DNA from: a virus
Taxonomy: Duplodnaviria; Heunggongvirae; Uroviricota; Caudoviricetes
Virus record (IMG/VR): IMGVR_UViG_2596583652_000001
Span: 1-64,000 of that record
DNA: 64,000 nucleotides
Direction: 5' to 3' (one strand)
The position numbers and the translations under genes were made by a program. Shown in pieces: positions 44,678 to 54,900 of this stretch; positions within the stretch are counted from its first letter, which is position 1, and each line of letters starts with the position of its first letter. The notes beneath the pieces are model-generated. The model ran no database searches. It saw only the letters and a list, made by a program, of their open reading frames with translations, and was not told where the DNA came from.

Positions 44678-44703
44678 TATCAGTATCTACATACTTACTT
44701 TGG
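44676..44703. promoter_or_regulatory. palindromic motif copy (ATCAGTATCTACATACTTACTTTGG)
   Basis: 11 bp upstream of the tape measure ATG. Confidence 0.4.
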
Positions 44704-44713
44704 TGCAGGGATA

Positions 44714-47700
44714 ATGACGGCAATCCGCGTTGAACTCACGCTCGCAGACGGCTCGTTCGTTACGGGAATGCTGCGCGCTGGCCAGACGATGGCCGACTTC
44801 AACAAGCAGCTTCTCCTCACCAATCCTGCCCTGCAGAACCTGGCGGCCGCGAACGGCAACGTCGTTCGCACCATCAATCGTGCCGAGGTGGCCTCCAAGG
44901 GCTTCCTCGGCACTCTGCGCGACGTCTCGATCGTTGCCGGCCTGGTCTCGCTCGGCCTGTCTAAGGCATCCGGCGCTGCCAATGGCTGGCTCGGCGACAT
45001 CGTGCGCGTCAATGCCGAGATGGAGCGCCTGACGTTCCAGATGCGCGGCATGTCGGACGCCGCCGATCCGATCAAGGACGCGGCCGACAGCGTGGCTTAC
45101 CTGCGCGAGCAGGCCAAGCAGATGCCGTTCTCGCTGAAGACCATCACCAACGGCTTCGTGAAGCTGAAGGCCACGGGAACCGACCCGCTCGACGGCTCGC
45201 TCAAGGCGATCGCCGACGGTGTGGCTGCCTTCGGCGGCAGTGACGACGCCTTCAACCGGATCGTGCTGGGTATCTCCCAGATGTCCGGCAAGGGCGTCAT
45301 CCAGATGGAAGAAATGCGCCAGCAGCTCGCGGAATCGATGCCGCGGGCGATGGAGCTGATGGCGCGCTCCATGGGCGTGTCCATGGGCGATCTGGTGACC
45401 GCTATCGGCTCGGGCACGGTCGCGGCAAAGCCCGCTCTCGAGGCATTCTACGCCGAGATCGAGCGCACCTTCGGCGGTCGCGCCAAGGCGATGATGATGA
45501 CCTTCGACGGTCAGATCTCGCAGATGAAGACCTCGCTGCAGAACCTGGCGACAGGGGAGGGTGGTGGCGCCTTCTTCGCCCAGGTGAAGAACCAGCTGGT
45601 CGACCTGAACGACTTCCTCGCCGGCCCGGTCGCCCGGACGCTGGCGACGGATATGGGCAATGCGCTCGGCCGGATGATCGCCGGCCTGCGCGAGACGATC
45701 GATTTCGTCGTTACCTTCCGCGGCGAGATCGGCCGCACGGCTCAGGTGCTCGCTGCGGGTTTCGGCATCATGGCGGCGACGCGCGCGCTGGGCAGCCTGC
45801 GCCTGGCCCTGCAGGGCAACATCGCCGATCTGCGCATGTTCGCGACCAACTGGCGCTCGGCGGCGGCCGATATCGCCCTGGGCGCTTCCGGGCTGCGCAA
45901 TATGTCGACCGCCTCCACAGGCGTGGGCGTCGCTCTGATGGGTGCGCGCGGGGCCATGGCTGCGCTGCTCACCGGTGCCGGCGCGATCATGCCCTGGATC
46001 ACCGCGCTCGGCCTCGCGGTCTATGGAGCGTCCGAATATTTCGGCCTGATGTCGAACAAGGTCGACGACGCCTACGAGTCGCTGAAGAAGTATGGCGCCG
46101 AGAGCCGCCGTCAGGCCGAGACCGCAGTCTCCGACAAGCGCAAGGAGATCGAGGACAGGATCGGCGGCCTGCAGTCGCGGCTCCGCGATACCAACGACCC
46201 CAATTCCGGCCTTCTCCGGCGCTACTCGCCCGTAACGGTCGCCAAGATGCGGGCGGAGGTGGCGCAGCTGCTGGCCGACGCCCGCCAGGAGCTCTACGAG
46301 CTGGAGCGCTCGGCTCCCGACCTCATCGGTGATGCTGTCGAGCGCCAGGATGCCACGGCGCTGCGCCAGCTTCAGCGGCGCGCTGATGAGCGCCAGGCTG
46401 AAATCTCCCGTGAGTATGACGAGCGCGGCAAGGCACTTCAGGAGGAGATGCTCCGCGAGCGCGAGCTTGCGGTGAAGAACGGAACGGCGATCGTCGAGGT
46501 CGAGCGCGAGAACACCAGCAAGATCCTCGAAAACCGGCTCGACCGGAATAGCAAGATCCGCGAGTTCATCGCGCAGGAGACCGCCTACGCCAAGCGCGAG
46601 ATGGAAACTGGCGACGTCGATCGCCAGCGCCAGATGCAGAAGTGGGTCAATCAGCTCGCGCAGATGGACACGACGGCCATCGCCGAGCGCAACGAGATCC
46701 TCAGCACCAAGCTCGGTATCCAGCACCTCGACAAGCTCCCCAGTGAGGAGAAGTCGATCGATCGCGGCCGCAAGCAGCTCGGTTCCCTCACGCAGGAGGT
46801 CGCCGGGCTCGAGGCCAAGCTGAAGGGCACGTCGTCCACCTTTGCCGAGCTCCAGGCGCGCATCTCGCGCGGCGACTTCGGCACGATCAAGGAAGGCGGC
46901 GAGGCCGTCCGGCAGATGCACGAGGAGATGCTCTCCCTCGCGCGTCAGTCCGACATTCTGAACAAGCTCGCCAAGGGGCAGTCGAAGGCTGACAACGACG
47001 TCCAGTCCGCGCGTATGAAGCTCCTCGAGGAGGAGATGGAGCTGCGTGAGAAGCTCGCCGGTCGGGATCTGACCGAGGGCGAGCGTATCCAGCTGCGGCT
47101 CGACAATGGCTATTACGAGGGCCTTGGCCCGACCGACAAGATCCAGCAGGCGCTGAGCGAGGTCATCACCTCCTTCACCGCGCAGGGCGAGCTTGCCAAC
47201 CGCGTCGGCGAGGTGATCCGGTCGAATACCTTCGGCCAGCAGACGGTGCAGCGGGTCGATACGGTCACGGCAGCCCTGGCCCGCATGACGGCGGAGCTCG
47301 GCAACATCCAGAGTGGCCTGCTCGGCGCGAACTTCTCCCAGCTCGGTCGCGGCCTGTCGACCGACCTCATGACGGCCATGCAGGGCGGCATGACGCCGGC
47401 CATCGACAGCCTGTCGCAGGAAGTCGTCACCCGCATGCAGGTCGCCATGCAGCACCTGCAGGCGAAGGGGTGGTCGCGCACGGTCGCCTCCGGCATCGTC
47501 GGCAATCTGGTTGCCGAAAGCGGCATGAACCCGAATGCGATCGGGGATAATGGCAACGCCTTTGGCCTTGCCCAGTGGAACGACCGCGCCGACGAGATGA
47601 AGGCGTTCCTGACCGCACAGGGCAAGCAATGGAACGACTTCCTCGGCCAGCTGGACTTCGTGGATTACGAGCTGCGCAACAAGGAGCGCAAGGCCGCCGC

Positions 47701-49345
47701 CGTAGCCGGTCTGTCGGCCAATCCCGCCCAGGCTGCCAATGCCATCATGGACCATTACGAGCGCCCGGCCGACTGGGCGAAGATGGAGTCCATGGGACGC
47801 CGGCAGAGCGCCGCGCAGCGTGCCTACGACATGGCCGGCAGTGCCGTGCCGACCTTCAATGCCGCCGAGGTCCCTGGGCTTCGCACCTACAACGAGCTTC
47901 TCGAGAACCGCAAAAAGGCGACCGAGGGCATCCGCAAGGCTGCCGAGGAGCTGACCCAGCAGGAGCGCAACACCAATGAGCCGCTGCGCTATCAGGAAGC
48001 GCGCGTCGAGTTCCTGAAGGAAACCCAGGCCCAGATCGAGAATGTCGGCCAGGACGCCGACGAGCTCGGCCGGAACTTCGCGCGCCTGCAGAAGCAGGTC
48101 AGCGCCGGCAAGTTCGGCAAGAGCACCGATATCAACGCCGACGAATACAAGGACATCGTCGCGGCGGTGAAGGAGCTCGACGCGGTCGAGAAGACCCGCG
48201 CCGAGACCAAGCGCGCCCAGAGCGCCTCCGAGGAGCAGCTGAAGAAGCTCGAGGAGCAGCGCCTCGACATCAACCGGCAGCTCGCCGAGGCCCAGAAGCA
48301 GGCGCAGAACCCCGACTATCAGGGTGACACGGATCAGTATCGCCGGCTGAACCAGGAGCTTGAGAGCTACCTGGACAACGTCAAGCACGTCTACGGGCAG
48401 GACAGCGCCGCCTACCGGCAGGCGATGCAGGTCAAGCAGGGCATGCTCTCCGGCCAGCTTCAGCTGGAGACCACGCAGACGCTGGCCGCCTACAATCTGC
48501 GCACGCGCGAGTTTCAGGACTCGCTGCTGACCCAGACCCAGTTGCGCCAGGTCCAGATGGAGCGTGACTTTGCTCTCATCGACCAGTGGGCCGAGCGCAT
48601 GCGCCGGGCCGGCATGAGCGAAGTCGATATTGTCCGCGAGGTCGAGGCGCAAAAGGGCAGTATTCGGGCCCAGTATGCCGCCCAGGCCAATCCGCTGCAG
48701 CGTCAGATGCGCGAATGGAGCGATATCCAGGGGCAGCTGGCGCAGCAGTCCACCCAGTGGATGGATAACCTCGCCGGTGGTGTCAGCGGCCTGATCATGG
48801 GCACGGGCGACCTGCGCACGGCGATCAACGGCATCATCCAGGATCTGTTGAATGTCAGCCTGAAGGGCATGCTGTCCAGCGTCGTCGGCAAGGGTGGATC
48901 GGGCAAGCTGCTCAACCTGTTCGAGGAGGGTGGCTACACCGGTGACGGCAATCGCTCGGCGCCGGCCGGTGTCGTGCACCGCGGCGAATATGTGATGCCG
49001 AAGAAGGTGGTCGAGCGCATCGGCCTCAAGAACCTCGAGGCGATGCACATGGGCGCACTCCGTGGCTACGCCTCTGGTGGCCTTGTCACCAGCGTTCCTG
49101 CTCCCCGCACGTCAAGCCTGGCAGCCCGGCCGACCGCTATGCCGGCTCTGGTGCCGGGCGCGAGCGGCGGCATGACGATCAACGCACCGATCACGGTCAA
49201 TGGCAGCGCCGGGACGCCGGAGCAGAACAACGACCTCGCCAAGAAGATGGCCAAGCAGATGGAGAACACGATGCGCGGCGTTGTCGTGGACGAAATCCGC
49301 AAGCAGCAGCGGCCCGGCAACCTCTTCAACAACCGCGGTTTGTGA
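44714..49345 (+). CDS. tail tape measure protein with an internal lytic transglycosylase-like domain
   Basis: 1543 aa with long coiled coils. Around 47440-47800, GWSRTVASGIVGNLVAESGMNPNAIGDNGNAFGLAQW resembles a phage tail lysozyme/transglycosylase domain. Confidence 0.85.
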   Translation: MTAIRVELTLADGSFVTGMLRAGQTMADFNKQLLLTNPALQNLAAANGNVVRTINRAEVASKGFLGTLRDVSIVAGLVSLGLSKASGAANGWLGDIVRVNAEMERLTFQMRGMSDAADPIKDAADSVAYLREQAKQMPFSLKTITNGFVKLKATGTDPLDGSLKAIADGVAAFGGSDDAFNRIVLGISQMSGKGVIQMEEMRQQLAESMPRAMELMARSMGVSMGDLVTAIGSGTVAAKPALEAFYAEIERTFGGRAKAMMMTFDGQISQMKTSLQNLATGEGGGAFFAQVKNQLVDLNDFLAGPVARTLATDMGNALGRMIAGLRETIDFVVTFRGEIGRTAQVLAAGFGIMAATRALGSLRLALQGNIADLRMFATNWRSAAADIALGASGLRNMSTASTGVGVALMGARGAMAALLTGAGAIMPWITALGLAVYGASEYFGLMSNKVDDAYESLKKYGAESRRQAETAVSDKRKEIEDRIGGLQSRLRDTNDPNSGLLRRYSPVTVAKMRAEVAQLLADARQELYELERSAPDLIGDAVERQDATALRQLQRRADERQAEISREYDERGKALQEEMLRERELAVKNGTAIVEVERENTSKILENRLDRNSKIREFIAQETAYAKREMETGDVDRQRQMQKWVNQLAQMDTTAIAERNEILSTKLGIQHLDKLPSEEKSIDRGRKQLGSLTQEVAGLEAKLKGTSSTFAELQARISRGDFGTIKEGGEAVRQMHEEMLSLARQSDILNKLAKGQSKADNDVQSARMKLLEEEMELREKLAGRDLTEGERIQLRLDNGYYEGLGPTDKIQQALSEVITSFTAQGELANRVGEVIRSNTFGQQTVQRVDTVTAALARMTAELGNIQSGLLGANFSQLGRGLSTDLMTAMQGGMTPAIDSLSQEVVTRMQVAMQHLQAKGWSRTVASGIVGNLVAESGMNPNAIGDNGNAFGLAQWNDRADEMKAFLTAQGKQWNDFLGQLDFVDYELRNKERKAAAVAGLSANPAQAANAIMDHYERPADWAKMESMGRRQSAAQRAYDMAGSAVPTFNAAEVPGLRTYNELLENRKKATEGIRKAAEELTQQERNTNEPLRYQEARVEFLKETQAQIENVGQDADELGRNFARLQKQVSAGKFGKSTDINADEYKDIVAAVKELDAVEKTRAETKRAQSASEEQLKKLEEQRLDINRQLAEAQKQAQNPDYQGDTDQYRRLNQELESYLDNVKHVYGQDSAAYRQAMQVKQGMLSGQLQLETTQTLAAYNLRTREFQDSLLTQTQLRQVQMERDFALIDQWAERMRRAGMSEVDIVREVEAQKGSIRAQYAAQANPLQRQMREWSDIQGQLAQQSTQWMDNLAGGVSGLIMGTGDLRTAINGIIQDLLNVSLKGMLSSVVGKGGSGKLLNLFEEGGYTGDGNRSAPAGVVHRGEYVMPKKVVERIGLKNLEAMHMGALRGYASGGLVTSVPAPRTSSLAARPTAMPALVPGASGGMTINAPITVNGSAGTPEQNNDLAKKMAKQMENTMRGVVVDEIRKQQRPGNLFNNRGL

Positions 49346-49353
49346 GAGAATAA

Positions 49354-49707
49354 ATGTCCCTTCGCACCTTCAAGCCGCCGGTCGGACCCTCTCCGGGCAC
49401 GGCCCACAAGCCGAAGATCAACCTCTACAAGGCCGAGTTCGGGGAGGGCTACACCCAGCCCACCCCGGCCGGCATCAACCACATCCGCAAGACCGTGGCG
49501 CTGCGCTGGGAGGCGCTGCTCGAAGACCAGATGCACGCCATCATCGACTTCTTCGAGCTGCACCAGGGCACACGCGCTTTCTATTTCGCGCCCTATGGCG
49601 AACGCTCGCCGCGCAAATGGACCTGCGAGGAGTGGGACGCCAAGACAGAGGATGGCATCTGGATGGTGACGGCCAACCTTGTTCAGTCCTTCACGCACGA
49701 GACCTGA
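49354..49707 (+). CDS. minor tail protein, lambda M homolog
   Basis: FGEGYTQPTPAGIN aligns with lambda M FGDGYSQRAPAGLN. Size is similar. Confidence 0.7.
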   Translation: MSLRTFKPPVGPSPGTAHKPKINLYKAEFGEGYTQPTPAGINHIRKTVALRWEALLEDQMHAIIDFFELHQGTRAFYFAPYGERSPRKWTCEEWDAKTEDGIWMVTANLVQSFTHET

Positions 49708-49740
49708 CCGTGAAGTAAGCAGGTGCTTATTTCGTCCTTG

Positions 49741-49769
49741 CTATATGTGAGCACATACTTATTATGAGG
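49741..49769. promoter_or_regulatory. palindromic motif copy (CTATATGTGAGCACATACTTATTATGAGG), with a second, degenerate copy at 49709-49733
   Basis: Overlaps the ATG at 49764. Confidence 0.45.
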
Positions 49770-50501
49770 ACTCCGCAGAGAGCCCTCATGACCAGTCAGA
49801 TCAACGCCGAATCCCAGAGCCTGCAACCGAGCGCCACCATCTCGCTGTTCGTCCTGGACACGAGCTTTCTTGGCGGCCCGCTGCTCTATTTCGTCCAGGG
49901 TAGCGAGCACCGCGGCAATGTGCGCTTTGGCGGCATCGAATATGTCGCGATGGATGTCGAGTTCTCTGGGCTCGAGGTATCGGGCGCTGGCGGTCTTCCC
50001 ACGCCCAAGATCCGGCTCGCCAACACTGACGGCCTGATCCAGGCGATCATCAACACCTGGGGCGATCTCGTCGGCTGCACGCTTCACCGCGTCCGGACCT
50101 TTGAGCGCTTTCTCGACGGACGCCCGGACGCCGATCCTGAAGCCTTCTACGGCCCCGACACCTTCCGTATCGAGCGGAAGGCGCTCGAAACCCAGCCCTT
50201 CATTGAATGGGACCTGTCGGCGGCGATCGACCAGGAGGGCAAGCAGATCCCGGGCCGGCAGGTGATCCGCGATACCTGCCTGTGGCGCTACCGGATCTGG
50301 AACGAGAACACGCACGCCTTCGACTACGCCAAGGCCCAGTGCCCCTACGCGGGCCTTCAGTCCTACGACATTAACGACCAGCCGATCTCTGATCCGTCCA
50401 AGGACGTGCCCTCGCGGCGGCTGAGCTGCTGCCGGGCCCGCTTCGGCGCCGGCAATCCGCTGCCCTTTGGCGGCTTCCCGGGTGTGGCGAGGACCAGCTG
50501 A
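49764..50501 (+). CDS. minor tail protein, lambda L homolog
   Basis: IRDTCLWRYR...AQCPYAG and C-terminal SRRLSCCRARFGAGNPLPFGGFPG parallel lambda L LANTCTWTYRGDECGYSG and CSKCLSGCKFRNNVGNFGGF. Confidence 0.75.
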   Translation: MRTPQRALMTSQINAESQSLQPSATISLFVLDTSFLGGPLLYFVQGSEHRGNVRFGGIEYVAMDVEFSGLEVSGAGGLPTPKIRLANTDGLIQAIINTWGDLVGCTLHRVRTFERFLDGRPDADPEAFYGPDTFRIERKALETQPFIEWDLSAAIDQEGKQIPGRQVIRDTCLWRYRIWNENTHAFDYAKAQCPYAGLQSYDINDQPISDPSKDVPSRRLSCCRARFGAGNPLPFGGFPGVARTS

Positions 50502-51274
50502 TGATTGACCGTTTCCCGGAGGCGTTCGCCGCCGCCGCCGCGCACGCGCGCGCTGAGTATCCCAAGGAGTCCTGCGGCCTCATCGTCGCCGGCGTCTATC
50601 AGCCGGCGGCCAATCTCGCCGACGACCCCATGAACGACTTCGTCCTCGATCCTGCTGTCATCAATCCGCTTCTGTTCGCCGGCGCAATGCGAACCGTTGA
50701 CGCGATCGTTCATTCGCATCCGGGCGGCCCGCACTGGCCCTCGAAGGCCGACATGGAAGGTCAGATCCAGACCGATCTTCCCTGGGCGATCATCCCGCTC
50801 GACGAGGACCGCACCTACAAGCCGCTGGTCTGGGGCGCCAGCACGCCGATCCCGCCGATGATCGGTCGTGAATTCGTTCATGGCGTCACCGATTGCTACT
50901 CGCTGATCCGCGACTGCTTCCGGTTGGGCGCTGACGCACTGGCCGCCCAGGGCGTCACGAATGCCTGGCCGTTCATTCCGATCGAGCTGGAAGAGATCCC
51001 GCGCGAGGATAGTTGGTGGGCCGGCGACGCCGACCTCTACTCCGGCAATTTCGCGCGTATGGGCTTCGTCGTGGTGAAGATGCCCGACGTCCGGCCGGGT
51101 GACGTGTTCCTCACGAAGATCCGCTCGGAGAAGTTCAATCACGGCGGCCTGCTCGTCGGTAACGACCTGATCCTGCATCACCTTCCGGCCCGCCTCTCGC
51201 GCCGGGAGCCGGCCGGACTTTGGGGGCGCCAGGCTGGACTGTGGATCCGCTACGAGGGTCCGACCGATGCGTAA
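50501..51274 (+). CDS. tail assembly protein, lambda K homolog (JAB/MPN plus NlpC/P60 domains)
   Basis: ESCGLIVAG...HSHPGG is the JAMM motif. C-terminal Cys/His region (TDCYSL...H) is consistent with NlpC/P60. Confidence 0.8.
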   Translation: MIDRFPEAFAAAAAHARAEYPKESCGLIVAGVYQPAANLADDPMNDFVLDPAVINPLLFAGAMRTVDAIVHSHPGGPHWPSKADMEGQIQTDLPWAIIPLDEDRTYKPLVWGASTPIPPMIGREFVHGVTDCYSLIRDCFRLGADALAAQGVTNAWPFIPIELEEIPREDSWWAGDADLYSGNFARMGFVVVKMPDVRPGDVFLTKIRSEKFNHGGLLVGNDLILHHLPARLSRREPAGLWGRQAGLWIRYEGPTDA

Positions 51275-51911
51275 GGTCCATCTGCACGGCTCGCTCGGCA
51301 AGACCTATGGCCGCACGTTCGAGCTCGAGGTGGCGACGGCCGGCGAGGCTATTCGCGCGCTCTCGGTGAACTTCCCGGGCTTCCTGCAGACCATTCGCGA
51401 CGGCGCCTGGCACATCGTGCGCGGCAAGAGCGTCGATAAGGGCTTCGACCTTGGCGAAGCGGAGATCGGCACGTTTCGGCTGGGTAAGGGCGATCTGCAC
51501 ATTGTGCCCGTTGTCGCCGGCTCCAAGCGCTCGGGCATGCTCAAGATCGTGCTGGGTGTTGCGGTCGCCGGCGCCGCCTTCTTTCTGGCGCCCGCTGCCG
51601 GCGGCCTGTCCGCCGCTATCGGCCCGGGCATGCTGTCCGGCATCACCTACGGCAATATGGCGATGTTTGGCGCCGCCCTCGCGCTTGCCGGCGCCTCGAG
51701 CCTGCTCTCGCCTGAAGAGAAGGACAACGGCGACGATAGCGGCTCCTTCACCTTCACCGGGCCCGGCAATGCCTATGCTCAGGGATCGCCGGTGCCGCTC
51801 GTCTATGGCGAGGTCATCACCGGCGGCGTGATGATCTCCGGCGGCATGGATGTCGAGCGCATCCCGGTCGGGAACGGCGCTTATGTCGGCTCCTATGGAG
51901 GCAAGAAGTGA
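51267..51911 (+). CDS. tail assembly protein, lambda I homolog
   Basis: By position after K. Gly-rich membrane-like C-terminal half as in lambda I. Confidence 0.65.
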   Translation: MRKVHLHGSLGKTYGRTFELEVATAGEAIRALSVNFPGFLQTIRDGAWHIVRGKSVDKGFDLGEAEIGTFRLGKGDLHIVPVVAGSKRSGMLKIVLGVAVAGAAFFLAPAAGGLSAAIGPGMLSGITYGNMAMFGAALALAGASSLLSPEEKDNGDDSGSFTFTGPGNAYAQGSPVPLVYGEVITGGVMISGGMDVERIPVGNGAYVGSYGGKK

Positions 51912-54900
51912 ACGCCCATACCCCCATGGGCGCGCGCGCTCTTGCCGATGCTGTTCCTCTCGTGCGGGGCTCTGGCGGCTCCAGCAAGGGCGGTGCCGCT
52001 CCGAACGCCCCCAATACGCTGCGCTCGCGCGCCCGGGCCAAGTTCATTGAGGCCATCTCGGAGGGTCCGATATGGGGCCTTGTTGACGGCGAGCGCTCGA
52101 TCTTCTTCGACCAGACCCCGATCCGAAACGCGGACGGCACCTACAACTTCAAGGATGTCATCTGGGAGGACCGCAAGGGCAACCCCGACGACGCGCACTT
52201 CACCGGCCATTCGGCCGTGGAGACGCCCTTTGACGTCGAGGTGCAGGTCAAGAACGCCAACGGGCCGACCCAGCGCACCATCGTTGATCAGAACGCCGAT
52301 GCCGTCCGGCTGATCCTTCGGATCCCGGCTCTCTTTCGCGCGGATGAAGAGACCGGCGCCATGCTGCCGGCCTCGCTCTCCTACGCCATCGACGTGCGCG
52401 CCTATGGCGGCGAATGGCAGGAGATGGTGGTCAAGCACTGGTTCAACCAGAAGACCACCTCGCCGTTCCAGGTGGCTCACCGCATCGATCTGCCGTTCCA
52501 GGGCTCGCCCTGGGATGTGCGCGTGCGCCGGCTGACCGCCGACTCGCCGACCGACAAGCTGCAGAACGAGCTCTACTGGGAGAGCTACATCACCCTCGTC
52601 GAGGGCAAGTTCACCTATCCCTTCACCGCGGCCGTCGGCATCGAGGTCAATGCGGAGGATCTGGGCTCCTCGATCCCGGCGCGGTCTTACCATGTCAAGG
52701 GCCTGCTGATTAACGTGCCCTCCAACTACGACCCGGAGACCCGCATCTATTCGGGCATCTGGGATGGCACGTTCAAGATCGCCTGGACCAATAACCCGGC
52801 CTGGGTCTTCTACGATCTCATCGTCAATGACCGCTACGGGCTCGGTGAGTTCATCTCGGCGGCTATCGTCGACAAGTGGTCGCTCTATACAATCGCCCAG
52901 TATTGCGATCAGCTGGTGCCGTCCGGCTACAAGAATGGCGACACGCAGGACGATATTTACGAGCCGCGCTTTACTTTCAACGGCGTGATCAACTCGCGCG
53001 ACGATGCCTTCAGTGTGCTTCAGAGCATCACGAAGGTCTGGCGCGGCATGGGCTACTGGTCGCTCGGTCAGCTTTTCGCCACGGCCGACATGCCGGCCGA
53101 TCCGGTCAAGGTGATCTCGCCGGCCAACATAATTGGTGGCGAGATCACCTATTCCGGCACCGCGATGAAGGCCCGGCACTCGGTCGTGGTCGTCTCCTGG
53201 AACGATCCGAACGACTTCTTCCGGCCGTCCAAGGAAGTCGTGATCAATCAGCAGATGCTCAACCGCTTTGGCTGGCGCGAGAAGTCGCTCCAGCTGACCG
53301 GCTGCACCTCGCGCGGTCTCGCCCATCGATACGGTAAGTGGGTCCTCGACACCGAGCAGAACGAGACCGAGACAGCTGAATACCAGGCGAGCTGGGACCA
53401 CGCCGACGTCCGCCCGGGCGACATTATTGCGGATGCGAACCCTCACAGGGCGCGGGTTCGCCTGGGTGGCCGCATTGTTAGTCATCGCGGCCTGCGTGTC
53501 GAGCTCGACCACGATTTCGAGCCGGGCGAGGGCCACACCTACAAGCTCAAGCTCACCATGCCCGATGGGGCACTGGTGACGCGCGACATCGCGTCCTTTC
53601 TCGATGGACGCAATCTGCTGCTGGCGGACCCGTTTCCAGCCGAAGCCCTGCCGAATGCGATGTTCGCCATCACCGGCACGGACATCACGCCGCCTCTCTT
53701 CCGCGTGATTGCGCGCGAGGAGGTTGAGCCGAACATCTTCAAGATCTCGGCGCTTCAGCATGACCCGCAGAAGTTCGACCGCATCGAGCGCGGCATCGTT
53801 TTTGAGCCGCTGCCGGTGTCGCGACCCTCGACCACCGTGCCGGCGCCGACCAATCTGTCCGTGCGCGAGACCGGCTATGTCACCAACGGCCAGAGCTACC
53901 ACTCACTGCTGCTCTCCTGGACGCCGCCGATCGACGTCGTCACCCGCGGCTTTCTCGTCTCGGCCGACACGCCCGAGGGGCAGCACATTGTTCTCGGCAC
54001 GGTGCAGGGCTCCTCGCTGGAGCTGAGCAACACTCTGTCGGGTGAATACAAGTTCTACGTCCAGACCATCAACTTCACCGGCGTCGTCTCCGATCCGGCG
54101 GAGTTCGTGTTCGAGGCCGCGGGTCCACTCGGCTTCGCCCCGCCCGTCGTCACGGATTTGCGGCTGACGGAGCACCCGACGGCGAGCGAGTTCGCCGGCC
54201 GCGACCTGCGCGTGACCTGGCACAACCTGTTCGCCAATTCGACCGATGCCACGAGCGAGGGCGGGGCGCCGGCGCATGTCGTCTCGCCGAACTACTCCCA
54301 CAACGTGGTCAGCGTCTACCACGGCGGCACGGGCGAGCTGCTGCGCCAGGTGACGGTGCGCGCCGAGGAGTTCCTCTACGACTACGGCTCCAACACGCTC
54401 GACAATGACGCCCTGGGTCGCGCCTATCCCTCGCGCTCCATCCGCATCGATGTGCAGGCGTTTGACGTCTTCGGCCGCTCCTCTGCCGTTGTCTCGCGGG
54501 TCTTTTCCAATCCCGTGCCGATGGCGATCGTGCCGAGCTACAATGTCGTCGGCTCGACCATCTTCCTGAGCTACTCGAAGGTCCCCGATCCTGACTTCGA
54601 GGGTATCCTGCTGTGGCGCTCGACCACGCCCGGCACGATCAATGTCCTGACCGACGCACCCTATTACGACGGTGCCAACAACCCGCTCACCATCTCTGGC
54701 GAGCCGGAGACCGGCTACTATTTCCGCATCGCCGCCTATGACGGCTTCGGCCCGGTCGATCTGAACTACTCGACCGAATTCACCATCACCACGCTGAGCG
54801 AGGGTGCTGATCTCGACCCCCCGGCCGTGCCGACGGGTCTTGCTGCGACCTCGGCCCTCCTGTCGAACGGCCGGGCCCGGGTGGGTGTCACCTGGAACGC

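Noticed and set aside
44687-49048. 1453-aa minus-strand ORF antisense to the tape measure gene
   Set aside because: Mirror image of the tape measure gene, whose sense frame has coiled coils and a lysozyme-like domain. The antisense translation is repetitive Leu/Arg/Gly/Ala. Artefact.
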